Positions 28,731 to 37,748 are shown, counted from the first letter of the stretch. The stretch: 64,000 nucleotides of DNA from Minisyncoccota bacterium (GCA_041663045.1 JBAZRH010000001.1:276403-340402); one strand, 5' to 3'. Program-made: numbers and translations. Notes: generated by a model not told the origin, from the sequence alone.

Positions 28731-28888
28731 ACAGCCGAAAGACGGCTTTAGAAAGCCATTTTTCGGCTAGGCGAGCGAGTCGGGTGCTTTTAAAAAGCAT
28801 TGCACAGCGCGACGGCGCGAGCATAGCAAAAAGCCAGCAGGCTTTTATGCGCGGTTTTTAAAAGCACCCGATGAGCGAGCCGTCTTGA
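28731..28888. repeat. Long palindromic intergenic repeat, family C copy 2
   Basis: cagccgaaagacggc...gagcgagccgtcttg outer arms, gggtgcttttaaaaagc / gcggtttttaaaagcaccc inner arms, and the same central gcgcgacggcgcgagca as 25030-25207. Confidence 0.75.
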
Positions 28889-28893
28889 ATTCG

Positions 28894-29907
28894 TTATCTC
28901 TTCGAAATAATACTCTTCTTGTAAGTATCCAAGTGTTCTAACGCAATCCCCGTCCCTTTTGCCACACAGTAAAGAGGATCTTTTGCCACAACAGCTTTCA
29001 CACCAGTGCGTCTGAAAACAAGCTCGGCGAGATTGCGAAGCATTGAAGAACCACCGGTCATAATAATCCCTTTATCAATAATATCGGCAGCGAGCTCCGG
29101 CGGAGTCTCCTGCAATACATCTTTTATCGCTTTTATCATATCTTTGAGTTCTTTGGCGATAGCTTTTACTATTTCATTGGTCTTTATTTCCGTCGAGCGA
29201 GGAAGTCCTGTAAGAAAATCTCTTCCTTTTATAATAAGCGAAAGCTCTTCCTCTACCGGCACAGCACTACCTATTTTTATTTTAATATCTTCTGCAGTTT
29301 TATCTCCTATCGCCAAGTTGAATGTTTTTTTAATATAATCAGCAATCGCAGCATCTATTTTATTGCCCGCACATTTTACAGAAGTTGAAGAGACAATCCC
29401 TCCAAGAGAAATCACGGCGACATCTGTCGTCCCTCCTCCGATATCCACCACCATATGTCCCATCGGCTCATATATAGGAATACCTGCGCCGATAGCTGCA
29501 AGAATCGGCTCTTTCACGACATAAGCATTTTTGGCCCCAGCACGGATAGCCGCTTCCACCACAGCTCTTCTCTCTGTAGATGTAATACCAGCCGGCACAG
29601 AGACCATCACTTCTGGTTTAAAAATATTCCATTTGCCGAGAGCTTTGTCTATAAAATATCGAAGCATCGCTTCGGTCACACGATAGTCGGCGATCACACC
29701 ATCTCTCATCGGACGATATGCAATAATACTATCCGGTGTCTTACCTATCATATTTTTCGCTTTCACACCTACGGCAAGGATTTTATTGTCTTGTTCAGAT
29801 ACAGCGACAACAGACGGCTCAAAAAGGACAACACCTTTCCCCGGCACAAATACGAGAGTATTCGCGGTTCCCAAATCTATACCTAATTTTCTGGTGAAAA
29901 TGGACAT
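28894..29907 (-). CDS. mreB: Second MreB/Mbl-like actin homolog
   Basis: LGIDLGTANTLVF plus the full actin fold. A paralog of the 21966-23036 gene. Confidence 0.85.
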   Translation of the reverse strand: MSIFTRKLGIDLGTANTLVFVPGKGVVLFEPSVVAVSEQDNKILAVGVKAKNMIGKTPDSIIAYRPMRDGVIADYRVTEAMLRYFIDKALGKWNIFKPEVMVSVPAGITSTERRAVVEAAIRAGAKNAYVVKEPILAAIGAGIPIYEPMGHMVVDIGGGTTDVAVISLGGIVSSTSVKCAGNKIDAAIADYIKKTFNLAIGDKTAEDIKIKIGSAVPVEEELSLIIKGRDFLTGLPRSTEIKTNEIVKAIAKELKDMIKAIKDVLQETPPELAADIIDKGIIMTGGSSMLRNLAELVFRRTGVKAVVAKDPLYCVAKGTGIALEHLDTYKKSIISKR

Positions 29908-29972
29908 GCGTTTAGTTATTCATATACTAGCTCTTTTTGGGCTTTTTGCAAATGAAAATTAAATTAGGTGTT

Positions 29973-30002
29973 TTGATTTATTTATAGCATATATGCTATA
30001 AT
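29973..30002 (+). promoter_or_regulatory. Promoter with an embedded perfect 20-bp palindrome (candidate operator for the downstream XRE-HTH)
   Basis: TTGATT - 18 nt - TATAAT. The palindrome TTATAGCATATATGCTATAA (29982-30001) overlaps the -10 element. The ATG at 30009 lies about 7 nt past the -10, giving a leaderless or near-leaderless mRNA. Confidence 0.6.
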
Positions 30003-30008
30003 ATTTTT

Positions 30009-31514
30009 ATGAAAAACAAGCTATCAGAAATCGGCAAGCTCATCACCGAGCTTCGTGAGAGACGCGGTATCACACAATCGGCTTTTGCTGAAAAGCTTGG
30101 CACAACACAAAGCGTAATCGCCCGCATAGAAAGCGGTGAGCAAAATCTAACCACAGAAATGCTTGAGAAAATCGGCGAAGCGCTAAATAAAGAAATCTTT
30201 ACAATATCGAAAGGTGCGATGAATCTTGAAATAGAAGGCGGACACAAACTCTCCGGCTCGGTGATTACAAAAACATCCAAAAACGGTGCGATGGGTATTA
30301 TCTCCGCTTCCCTACTAAACAAAGGTAAAACACTTTTAAAAAATGTGCCAAAAATTGAGGAAGTTTACAGAATGGTAGAAATCTTGGAAAGCATCGGTGT
30401 ATCTATCAGGTGGATTGGAGATGATCTGGAAATCGAGGTCAAGAAAATTGATCTCAAAAAGATAAATAAAGAATCCGCCGAGAAAACCAGAAGTATTATT
30501 ATGCTCATCGGCTCACTTTCACACTTTTTCAAGAAGTTTTCCCTACCACAATCCGGCGGATGCAAGCTCGGCTCGAGGACTGTCACCCCGCATTTTTTCG
30601 CCCTTGAGAATTTCGGTGTAAATATAGTCGCGAAATCAAAAAGTTATGAAATTTCGGCAAGTAAACTTAAGCCCGCAGAATTCGCCCTTTATGAAAGTGG
30701 AGATACCGTCACGGAAAACGCCATAATGACCGCCGCCCTTATCCCAGGGAAATCCGTCATCAAATTCGCCTCCGCCAATTATATGGTGCAAGATCTGTGC
30801 TTTTTCTTGGAAGGGCTTGGTGTAAAAATAGAAGGTATCGGTACGACCACCCTCACTGTGCATGGCGTATCGGAAATAAATAAAAATATTACATACTACC
30901 TCGCCGAAGATCCGATCGACTCAATGTTTTTCATAGCCACAGCAATACTCACAAATTCCTCTATAAAAATAGAACGCTGCCCGATAGATTTTCTTGAAAT
31001 AGAATTGCTAAAACTCAAAAAGATGGGCTTTAAATATAAATTATCAAAAGTCTATAAAGCACTGAACGGTAAGACGAATCTTGTAGACATCACCACTTCC
31101 CCTTCCCGACTCACAGCACTTACCGATAAAATAGAAGCGAGGCCCTTTCCTGGGCTCAATATCGACAACCTGCCTTTCTTCGCAGTCATCGCCACACAAG
31201 CCGTCGGGCAAACTCTCATACACGATTGGGTTTATGAAAAAAGAGCGATTCACTACAAGGAGCTAGACAAGCTCGGTGCCGATACTATTCTCGCCGACCC
31301 GCATAGATTTTATGTAAATGGAAAGACAGATTTGCGACCGACAGAAATAATCTGCCCGCCAGCTCTCCGCCCCGCCGCGATTATTTTGATAGGAATGCTT
31401 GGTGCAAAAGGCAGATCGATTTTGCGAAATGTTTACAGCATAAATCGCGGATATGAAGACATTGTGAAGAGGCTGAATGGTTTGGGAGCGAAGATAAAGA
31501 TGTTGAGGGATTAG
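30009..31514 (+). CDS. murA: XRE-family HTH domain fused to UDP-GlcNAc 1-carboxyvinyltransferase (MurA)
   Basis: The N-terminal 65 aa are an XRE HTH (LRERRGITQSAFAEKLGTTQSVIARIESGEQNLT). The remainder is MurA, with GGHKLSGSVITKTSKNGAMGII, catalytic Cys in GGCKLGSRTVTPH, and C-terminal INRGYEDIVKRLNGLGAKI. Confidence 0.8.
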   Translation: MKNKLSEIGKLITELRERRGITQSAFAEKLGTTQSVIARIESGEQNLTTEMLEKIGEALNKEIFTISKGAMNLEIEGGHKLSGSVITKTSKNGAMGIISASLLNKGKTLLKNVPKIEEVYRMVEILESIGVSIRWIGDDLEIEVKKIDLKKINKESAEKTRSIIMLIGSLSHFFKKFSLPQSGGCKLGSRTVTPHFFALENFGVNIVAKSKSYEISASKLKPAEFALYESGDTVTENAIMTAALIPGKSVIKFASANYMVQDLCFFLEGLGVKIEGIGTTTLTVHGVSEINKNITYYLAEDPIDSMFFIATAILTNSSIKIERCPIDFLEIELLKLKKMGFKYKLSKVYKALNGKTNLVDITTSPSRLTALTDKIEARPFPGLNIDNLPFFAVIATQAVGQTLIHDWVYEKRAIHYKELDKLGADTILADPHRFYVNGKTDLRPTEIICPPALRPAAIILIGMLGAKGRSILRNVYSINRGYEDIVKRLNGLGAKIKMLRD

Positions 31515-31567
31515 AAATGGACAGACGGCGCGTTGCTCGTCTGTCCATAAACAGATGGTCATGTGTT

Positions 31568-31738
31568 TTACTTCTGTGTCAGCCACTCCAAAAACTTTTC
31601 GAAACATTTGACACATATGTGATACTTCTTCACTTCACGACTTGGCGAATCATCCGCCAGTGTTTGGGGTGGAGAAAAAGCTAGACCACCGTAAGCATGC
31701 AGTTCCTCGCCACATTTGTCGCATTTCGGCTTTATCAT
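31568..31738 (-). CDS. Small zinc-ribbon protein (56 aa)
   Basis: MIKPKCDKCGEEL...HICVKCFEKF carries two CxxC pairs. AAGGAG sits 8 nt upstream of the ATG. Not in the ORF track because it is under 60 aa. Confidence 0.45.
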   Translation of the reverse strand: MIKPKCDKCGEELHAYGGLAFSPPQTLADDSPSREVKKYHICVKCFEKFLEWLTQK

Positions 31739-32056
31739 TTTCTGCTCCTTTCTACTCTATTTTAGAATATAGCATCAACCTTTTTCAAAGTAAAGAATTA
31801 AAGTGCAGGTGGCTTTTTTTATTAAAAATGATAGTATCAAAGACCTCTGGGGTGATAGATTAAAGCTATTCAGATTGTCGCGACGGGCACCTCCGATGGT
31901 GCTGGATCTCAAGTGCCAAGTATGTCTTTTTTGGCCACGAATCCTTAATGTGTCGCAAGTGGGAGAAGCTGTAATCCACCTAGACACTGATAACTATCAC
32001 CCTGGGGACCAACCTTGCCCGTGCATTGTGCGCGGGCTTTTCTTTTGCAGGCAAGT

Positions 32057-32085
32057 TTGACAAGAATAATCAGATATGCTAGTAT
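32057..32085 (+). promoter_or_regulatory. Sigma-70-type promoter
   Basis: TTGACA - 17 nt - TAGTAT, about 280 nt upstream of the priA-like ATG. Confidence 0.55.
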
Positions 32086-32361
32086 ATAAAGTAGATAAGT
32101 CGGTGCCTCAATGAATGGGTGTCATTGGGGGCTGAACCCGAACATACCCGAAGTCAAGCTGGGTGCACTTCCATCCCAAACTCAAAAACAGAGTCTAAAG
32201 GAAGCGCAATTGGGAATCAAAGCTGACAACCGTCTTGCATACTATTTTATTTATAATGGAGTGTAGGCGGTTTTTCTTTGGGTGAATTCTGGTGGGCCGA
32301 TTTTTCAACCTCGTTCTGACGGGTTGAAAAATCGGCCCCAATCTGTCATTATGTAACAATA

Positions 32362-34287
32362 ATGAGAGCCCTGGAAGTTATACCCATTTCAAGAGGAATT
32401 TCAAAAGAGACTCTTTCGTATTTTACAGGGAGCGATATTTCTGTAGGTGCTATTGTAAAAGTCCCCCTGAGGAAAAGAGTTATCCCCGCCCTCGTCATCT
32501 CTGTAAGAGAAGTTGAAGATATCAAAAGTGAAATCAAAAGGTCTCCCTTCCCACTGCGAAAAGTTGAAAAGATGAAATCTTTCCACCTGCTTTCAAAAGA
32601 GTTTGTGGAAGCTTCACAAAAAGTCGCAGATTATTATGCCGGTTCCACTGGAGCGGTACTTAGCTCTATCATACCGAAAGTGATTTTCGAAAATGCCGAG
32701 AAAATAAAAGTTCCGCAAGAAATCTCAAATACTGATACAAATATCACCTCTGCAGAAAAATTCGTCATACAATCAAATGACGAAGACAGATACGCACACT
32801 ATAAAAGTATAATCAGGGAAGAGTTTGCCAAAGATTCCTCTGTCTTTTTCTGTTTGCCGACAATTCAAGATATTAAGAAAGCGGTGGAGAAGCTTCAAAA
32901 AGGTATAGAAAAGTATACTTTTATCCTCCACTCCTCCATGGGCAAAAAAGAAATGCTAGAAACGATAAACAAAATACTTGCCGAAGATCATCCTCTTCTC
33001 ATAGTTGCGACTGGTGGTTTTCTCTCGATTCCAAAGACAAAGATAAGCACGATTATTCTCGACAAAGAGAATTCCCGCGCATATAAAACACAAGTCAGAC
33101 CATATATTGATATTAGAAATTTCGCCGAAACACTTGCAAGTAAGATGAGGGCAAAAATAATCTTCGGTGATCTGCTTTTGCGAACAGAAACAATCTGGCG
33201 TTATAAAAATGCTGAACTAGTAGAAATAGCCTCTCTTAAATTTCGTTCGCTTACCACCTCATCTCAAGAGATTGTAGATATGCGATACAAAAAAGAAGAC
33301 ACGGAACCTATCACCCCCTCCAAGCCCGAAGTAAAAAAAGAATTCAAGGTCTTTAGCCCAGAACTTGAAAATAAAATAAAAGAGAGTATAGAAAACAACG
33401 AACATATGTTTATCTTTACTGCTCGTCGTGGTCTCTCGCCTTCCACTCTTTGCGCCGACTGCGGAAATATAGTTAAATGTAATTCCTGCGGAGCACACAA
33501 CGTTCTTCATAAGTCGCCGGCAGAAAATTTCTTTTTGTGTCACAAGTGCGGAGAAAGAAGAAGCGCTTTAGAAAAATGCTCAAACTGTGGTGGTTGGCGA
33601 TTGACTACTCTTGGAATCGGCTCAGAATTGGTGGAAGAAAAGCTAAAAGAAATGTGTCCGAATGCTAAAGTAGTCAGAATTGATTCAGATATGACACCAA
33701 CACATAAGAAAGCAGAAATCGCAGCTGAGAAATTTTATAATTCCCCACAAAGTATTCTCATCGGTACAGAGATGGCACTTCTATATCTTACAGAAAAGAT
33801 AGAAAACTCTGCCGTGGTTTCTATAGATTCTTTTTTCTCTATTCCGGATTTTAGAATAAACGAGAGAATCTTAAACATCCTACTCAAAATGCGGGCAATC
33901 ACTGACAGAAAACTCATAATACAAACTCGCGATGCAACACAGAAAGTCTTTGAATACGCTATCAAAGGAAATCTCGTAGATTTTTATAGAGATGAGTTGG
34001 AAGACAGAAAGGTTCTTCGTTACCCACCTTTTTCAAATCTTATAAAGATTTCAATACTTGGTGCCAAGAATGAAGTGGTGCCTTTTGTGGAGAATTTCCA
34101 AAAAGAAATAGATCCGTATGAAATAGACGTCTTCCCAGCTTTTATACCACAAGCCAAAAACAGATATAGCGTAAATGGAATTATAAAGATACCTCAAGGT
34201 GAATGGCCAAATTCAAAACTTATAGAAAAATTAAAAGCTCTCCCACCAAATTTCTCAGTAAATGTGGATCCAGACTCTCTCATTTAA
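32362..34287 (+). CDS. priA: Primosomal protein N' (PriA) homolog with degenerate ATPase motifs
   Basis: N-terminal 3'-DNA-binding-like region, RecA-like lobes, and a Cys-rich region (CADCGNIVKCNSCGAH...CHKCGE...CSNCGG). Walker A is replaced by QSNDEDRY, and DEEH becomes DKEN. Confidence 0.75.
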   Translation: MRALEVIPISRGISKETLSYFTGSDISVGAIVKVPLRKRVIPALVISVREVEDIKSEIKRSPFPLRKVEKMKSFHLLSKEFVEASQKVADYYAGSTGAVLSSIIPKVIFENAEKIKVPQEISNTDTNITSAEKFVIQSNDEDRYAHYKSIIREEFAKDSSVFFCLPTIQDIKKAVEKLQKGIEKYTFILHSSMGKKEMLETINKILAEDHPLLIVATGGFLSIPKTKISTIILDKENSRAYKTQVRPYIDIRNFAETLASKMRAKIIFGDLLLRTETIWRYKNAELVEIASLKFRSLTTSSQEIVDMRYKKEDTEPITPSKPEVKKEFKVFSPELENKIKESIENNEHMFIFTARRGLSPSTLCADCGNIVKCNSCGAHNVLHKSPAENFFLCHKCGERRSALEKCSNCGGWRLTTLGIGSELVEEKLKEMCPNAKVVRIDSDMTPTHKKAEIAAEKFYNSPQSILIGTEMALLYLTEKIENSAVVSIDSFFSIPDFRINERILNILLKMRAITDRKLIIQTRDATQKVFEYAIKGNLVDFYRDELEDRKVLRYPPFSNLIKISILGAKNEVVPFVENFQKEIDPYEIDVFPAFIPQAKNRYSVNGIIKIPQGEWPNSKLIEKLKALPPNFSVNVDPDSLI

Positions 34288-35101
34288 AATCGTAATGAAC
34301 CTTATTTCCATATCGTAAGTCTATATGTTTTATTTTTGAGAGGAAAGTCTTGTCGGTTTTAATATCGCCGCTGTCTATAAGCGCTTTCAAATTTCTAAGA
34401 GAAACATTAAAATCTTGTTTATCATTTATATTTATTTTACCTCCATCAAACAAATAAATTTCATATTCCCCTTCTGGAAGAGACAACACTCCAACAGGAT
34501 TTATATTTAAATTATAGATACCTTTGAATAAACTAGATAGTTCTGTAAAAACTCTCTCATCCAGAAAATTGGTTCCGATTATATTTGTACCACTGTGCCC
34601 ACCAAGATATTTTGGAAACGGATTACCGAAGAAAATCGGCGCATCGGAGAAAATTATTCCGTTTTTATCTATAAAATAACAGTCGTTAGATGTGATACTT
34701 CCGCCATCGCACCAAAGAGCAAATACGGATCTCTCCACCACATAAATATTTATACCTTGAACTCCACTGATACCTACCCTTATACTTTCTATTTTCTTCA
34801 AATTATCCAACAGAGTCTCTTCTATCCCGAATCTTGGTAAAAAGATTTGATTGTCTCTATTCAAGACAAATAAATACTTCTTAGAGAGTATATTTTTTAC
34901 GATATTTACTATCTCTTCTGAAGAGACCGTGGAGTTTCCGCTTACAGAAATATCCTTTATCCTGAAATCGGGATAATATGAACATATTGAAATAAAGATA
35001 AAGAGCACAAAAAGAAAAGCTAGGAAGGAAAGAAGTTTAAAGAAGAAATTCTTTCTTCTCTTCGAGTTTAAAGACAAACCAATGTTGGATCTAAAAGGCA
35101 T
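34280..35101 (-). CDS. ftsQ: Cell division protein FtsQ/DivIB-like (POTRA domain)
   Basis: N-terminal TM helix, a POTRA-like domain (DISVSGNSTVSSEEI), and a C-terminal beta domain. Confidence 0.55.
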   Translation of the reverse strand: MPFRSNIGLSLNSKRRKNFFFKLLSFLAFLFVLFIFISICSYYPDFRIKDISVSGNSTVSSEEIVNIVKNILSKKYLFVLNRDNQIFLPRFGIEETLLDNLKKIESIRVGISGVQGINIYVVERSVFALWCDGGSITSNDCYFIDKNGIIFSDAPIFFGNPFPKYLGGHSGTNIIGTNFLDERVFTELSSLFKGIYNLNINPVGVLSLPEGEYEIYLFDGGKININDKQDFNVSLRNLKALIDSGDIKTDKTFLSKIKHIDLRYGNKVHYDFK

Positions 35102-35144
35102 TTATGTAAATATTATATATCATAGATGAATTAAAAGCATTATA

Positions 35145-35176
35145 AAAAAGCCGCGCCCGAAGGGCGCGGCTTTTGT
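35145..35176. terminator. Bidirectional terminator
   Basis: aaaagccgcgcccgaagggcgcggctttt. Confidence 0.8.
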
Positions 35177-35187
35177 ATTTGTCTTTC

Positions 35188-36456
35188 TTACTTTTTCCCG
35201 ATAAATTCCTTCCCGCCCATATATTTTCTCAACACTTCAGGAATCTTGATAGTGCCATCTGCTTGTTGATAGTTTTCAACAATACATGAAAGTAGTCTTG
35301 GAGTTGCAGCCGCAGTACAATTTAGAGAGTGCGTAACGAGTTTTTTACCACCTTCATCATATCTAATATTAAATCTTCTTGTCTGAAAATCATGGTAATA
35401 AGATGCACTAGAAAGCTCTCTGTAGGTATTTGCAAATGGGAACCAAGCTTCCGTATCGTATTGTTTTACCTTACTCTGACCCAAATCACCCCCACATATA
35501 AGCAATCTTCTGTAAGGCAAACCTAATGACTCAATGAATTGTTCAAAATTTCTGTTTATTTCCTCGTGGAGTTTTGCTGATTCTGCATGATCTGCTTTAC
35601 AGATTATTAACTGCTCAAGCTTGAAAAATTCATGGACACGAATCAAGCCTCTAGTATCTTTACTGTAGCTTCCCGCCTCCCTTCTATAACATGGTGAAAA
35701 AGCTAAATATCTTTTTGGCAATTCTTCACTTTTCAAGATTTCTCCGGAGTGATATGCCATCATAGGGACTTCGGCGGTACCTGACAAAAAGTCGTCATCT
35801 TGCGTTTTAAATAAATCTTCAGAGTCTCTTGGTAAATGTCCTGTGCCATAGAAATGCTCTTTCTTTACAATCGCCGGAGCGATAAAAGGGTTGAACGATC
35901 TACTACCAAAGAACTCTCTGGCATAGTTCCAAATAGCCCAAGTTAGATTTGCACCATCATTTTTCAAGAAATATCCTCTAAACCCGTGTGTTTTTGTGCC
36001 GCGTTCAAAATCAACCATATCGAGCTTTAGCATCAATTCTGCATGATCTTTTATTTTAAAATCAAATACTGGTTTTTCTCCCCAAAGACATGCTTCAACG
36101 TTTTCTGTTTCATCCTTGCCTTCTGGCACAGAAACATCCGGGACATTCGGCACCGCAAGCATTTGAACCTGCCAGTTTTTCATAATCTCTTTCAACTGCT
36201 CTTCTTCTTTCTGTAATCCTTCTTTCAACTTTTTCATTTCAGATAAAAGCTCGGCTTTTGCGCCAGCATCAGCAAGTTGCGGTAATCTCAAAGAGACGGC
36301 GTTCTGCTCGGCTCTCTTCGTCTCAATAGCGGAAAGAAGCTCTTTACGTTTGTCGTCGAGTTTTAGAAGCTCGGTAGGATCAAACTTCAAATGCTTTTTC
36401 CTCGCCGCCTCTATGATGAGGTCTTTATTGTCTCTTATGAATTTTATGTCTAACAT
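35188..36456 (-). CDS. serS: Seryl-tRNA synthetase
   Basis: N-terminal coiled-coil tRNA-binding arm plus a class II core. 422 aa. Confidence 0.9.
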   Translation of the reverse strand: MLDIKFIRDNKDLIIEAARKKHLKFDPTELLKLDDKRKELLSAIETKRAEQNAVSLRLPQLADAGAKAELLSEMKKLKEGLQKEEEQLKEIMKNWQVQMLAVPNVPDVSVPEGKDETENVEACLWGEKPVFDFKIKDHAELMLKLDMVDFERGTKTHGFRGYFLKNDGANLTWAIWNYAREFFGSRSFNPFIAPAIVKKEHFYGTGHLPRDSEDLFKTQDDDFLSGTAEVPMMAYHSGEILKSEELPKRYLAFSPCYRREAGSYSKDTRGLIRVHEFFKLEQLIICKADHAESAKLHEEINRNFEQFIESLGLPYRRLLICGGDLGQSKVKQYDTEAWFPFANTYRELSSASYYHDFQTRRFNIRYDEGGKKLVTHSLNCTAAATPRLLSCIVENYQQADGTIKIPEVLRKYMGGKEFIGKK

Positions 36457-36522
36457 ATTTTTAAAATTAAATTGAAAAAAGTAATTAATTAACAGTTTTC
36501 TTATTTATTATAGTATCAATAA

Positions 36523-37413
36523 ATGGTAAAATCAGCAATGATGCTAAAAGATTTTGAAATGGACACACTCACCGGCGATGAAATACCCGAAATGCTTCGA
36601 GAAATACCCGATGCACCGAAGAAACTCTACATTCAAGGTAAATTGCCCGGTCCAAATACCAAACTTCTCTGTGTTGTCGGCTCACGCAAATACACACCTT
36701 ATGGAAAAGAAGCCTGTGAAAAGTTGATTGCCGGACTTCGTGGTTATGATATCGCTATTGTCTCTGGCCTTGCGCTTGGCATAGATAGTGTCGCACACAG
36801 ATCAGCACTTGAGGCTGGCTTGAAGACAATCGCTGTCCCAGGATCAGGCCTCGATGAATCCGTCCTCTATCCACATACGCATAAAAAACTCGCGGAAGAT
36901 ATTTTGGAAGCGGGCGGAGCGACGCTTTCTGAATTTGAACCGAAATTTCGTGCAGTGTATTACAGTTTCCCTCAAAGAAATAGAATTATGGCGGGATTTT
37001 CTCACGCCACGCTTGTCATAGAAGCAGAAATAAAATCCGGCACACTTATCACCTCCAAATTTGCAACAGAATACAATAGAGATGTCCTCGCACTCCCCGG
37101 CTCAATATTTTCCAAAAATTCCGACGGACCACACATGCTCATTCGCCTCGGTGCGACACCTATTCGCACAAGCACAGATATTTTGGAAGCACTTGGATTT
37201 AATATTGATGAGGAACCTCAAAATCTGGAGCTCAAATATGCCGACTGTTCAGACGAAGAGCTTCTCGTTATCAAAATCCTTTCCGAACCAATGTCAAAAG
37301 ACGACCTTTTCCGCACCCTCAAAATGCCTGTCTCAAAAGCCAACGCTGTGATTTCAATAATGGAGATTAAGGGGTTGATAAAGGAGAGTTTGGGGGAGGT
37401 TAGGTTGACATAA
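36523..37413 (+). CDS. dprA: DNA processing protein DprA (Smf)
   Basis: Rossmann-like DprA domain (VVGSRKYTPYGKEA...IVSGLALGIDSVAHR) with a C-terminal winged helix. Confidence 0.85.
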   Translation: MVKSAMMLKDFEMDTLTGDEIPEMLREIPDAPKKLYIQGKLPGPNTKLLCVVGSRKYTPYGKEACEKLIAGLRGYDIAIVSGLALGIDSVAHRSALEAGLKTIAVPGSGLDESVLYPHTHKKLAEDILEAGGATLSEFEPKFRAVYYSFPQRNRIMAGFSHATLVIEAEIKSGTLITSKFATEYNRDVLALPGSIFSKNSDGPHMLIRLGATPIRTSTDILEALGFNIDEEPQNLELKYADCSDEELLVIKILSEPMSKDDLFRTLKMPVSKANAVISIMEIKGLIKESLGEVRLT

Positions 37414-37441
37414 TCTCTGAAAGTACTAATATCTCTCTTAC

Positions 37442-37696
37442 GGAAAAGAGCAACGATTGGCTATGAGGCAGATACCTTAGCTGCCCGATCATCGGCCTAA
37501 AACCGAAGACGGAAGGACTCGAAGCCTTCAATCGAGTTATAATCAGACGATACTCCGTAGCATAGCTGGGAGACAATGAAGTTGTGCTCTGGCACAATGG
37601 AGTCAACAGTGAAATACCAGTGGGTGATCAATCTGATTATAACTGCTCTTTTCCCCATTTCGCGCCGTGAACACATCTGTGTCACGGCGCTATTTT
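37442..37696 (+). ncRNA. Candidate structured ncRNA of unknown class, with closing helix and intrinsic terminator
   Basis: ggaaaagagca (37442-37452) pairs with tgctcttttcc (37643-37653), enclosing about 190 nt. A terminator gcgccgtgaacacatctgtgtcacggcgc plus T-run follows directly. No ORF. Confidence 0.35.
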
Positions 37697-37748
37697 TTAT
37701 ACAAAAATTTGCTAAAAGTTGAAATATGGTATATTAGTATCAAATAAT

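Noticed and set aside
31263-31616. Minus-strand ORF 31263-31616 (117 aa)
   Set aside because: It is antisense to the murA 3' end. The genuine small gene in this interval is the zinc-ribbon ORF at 31568-31738, which lies in a different frame.
32103-32340. tmRNA (ssrA) hypothesis for the region containing GGGGCTGAA
   Set aside because: There is no tRNA-like T-arm or CCA-proximal acceptor sequence and no plausible tag reading frame ending in Ala-Ala followed by a stop. This is kept only as an unclassified ncRNA candidate.
37442-37696. SRP (4.5S) RNA assignment based on the GGAAGGA segment
   Set aside because: The conserved domain IV motif GGAAGCAGC is not present as such, and the region is about 2.5 times longer than 4.5S RNA. 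The class cannot be assigned by eye.
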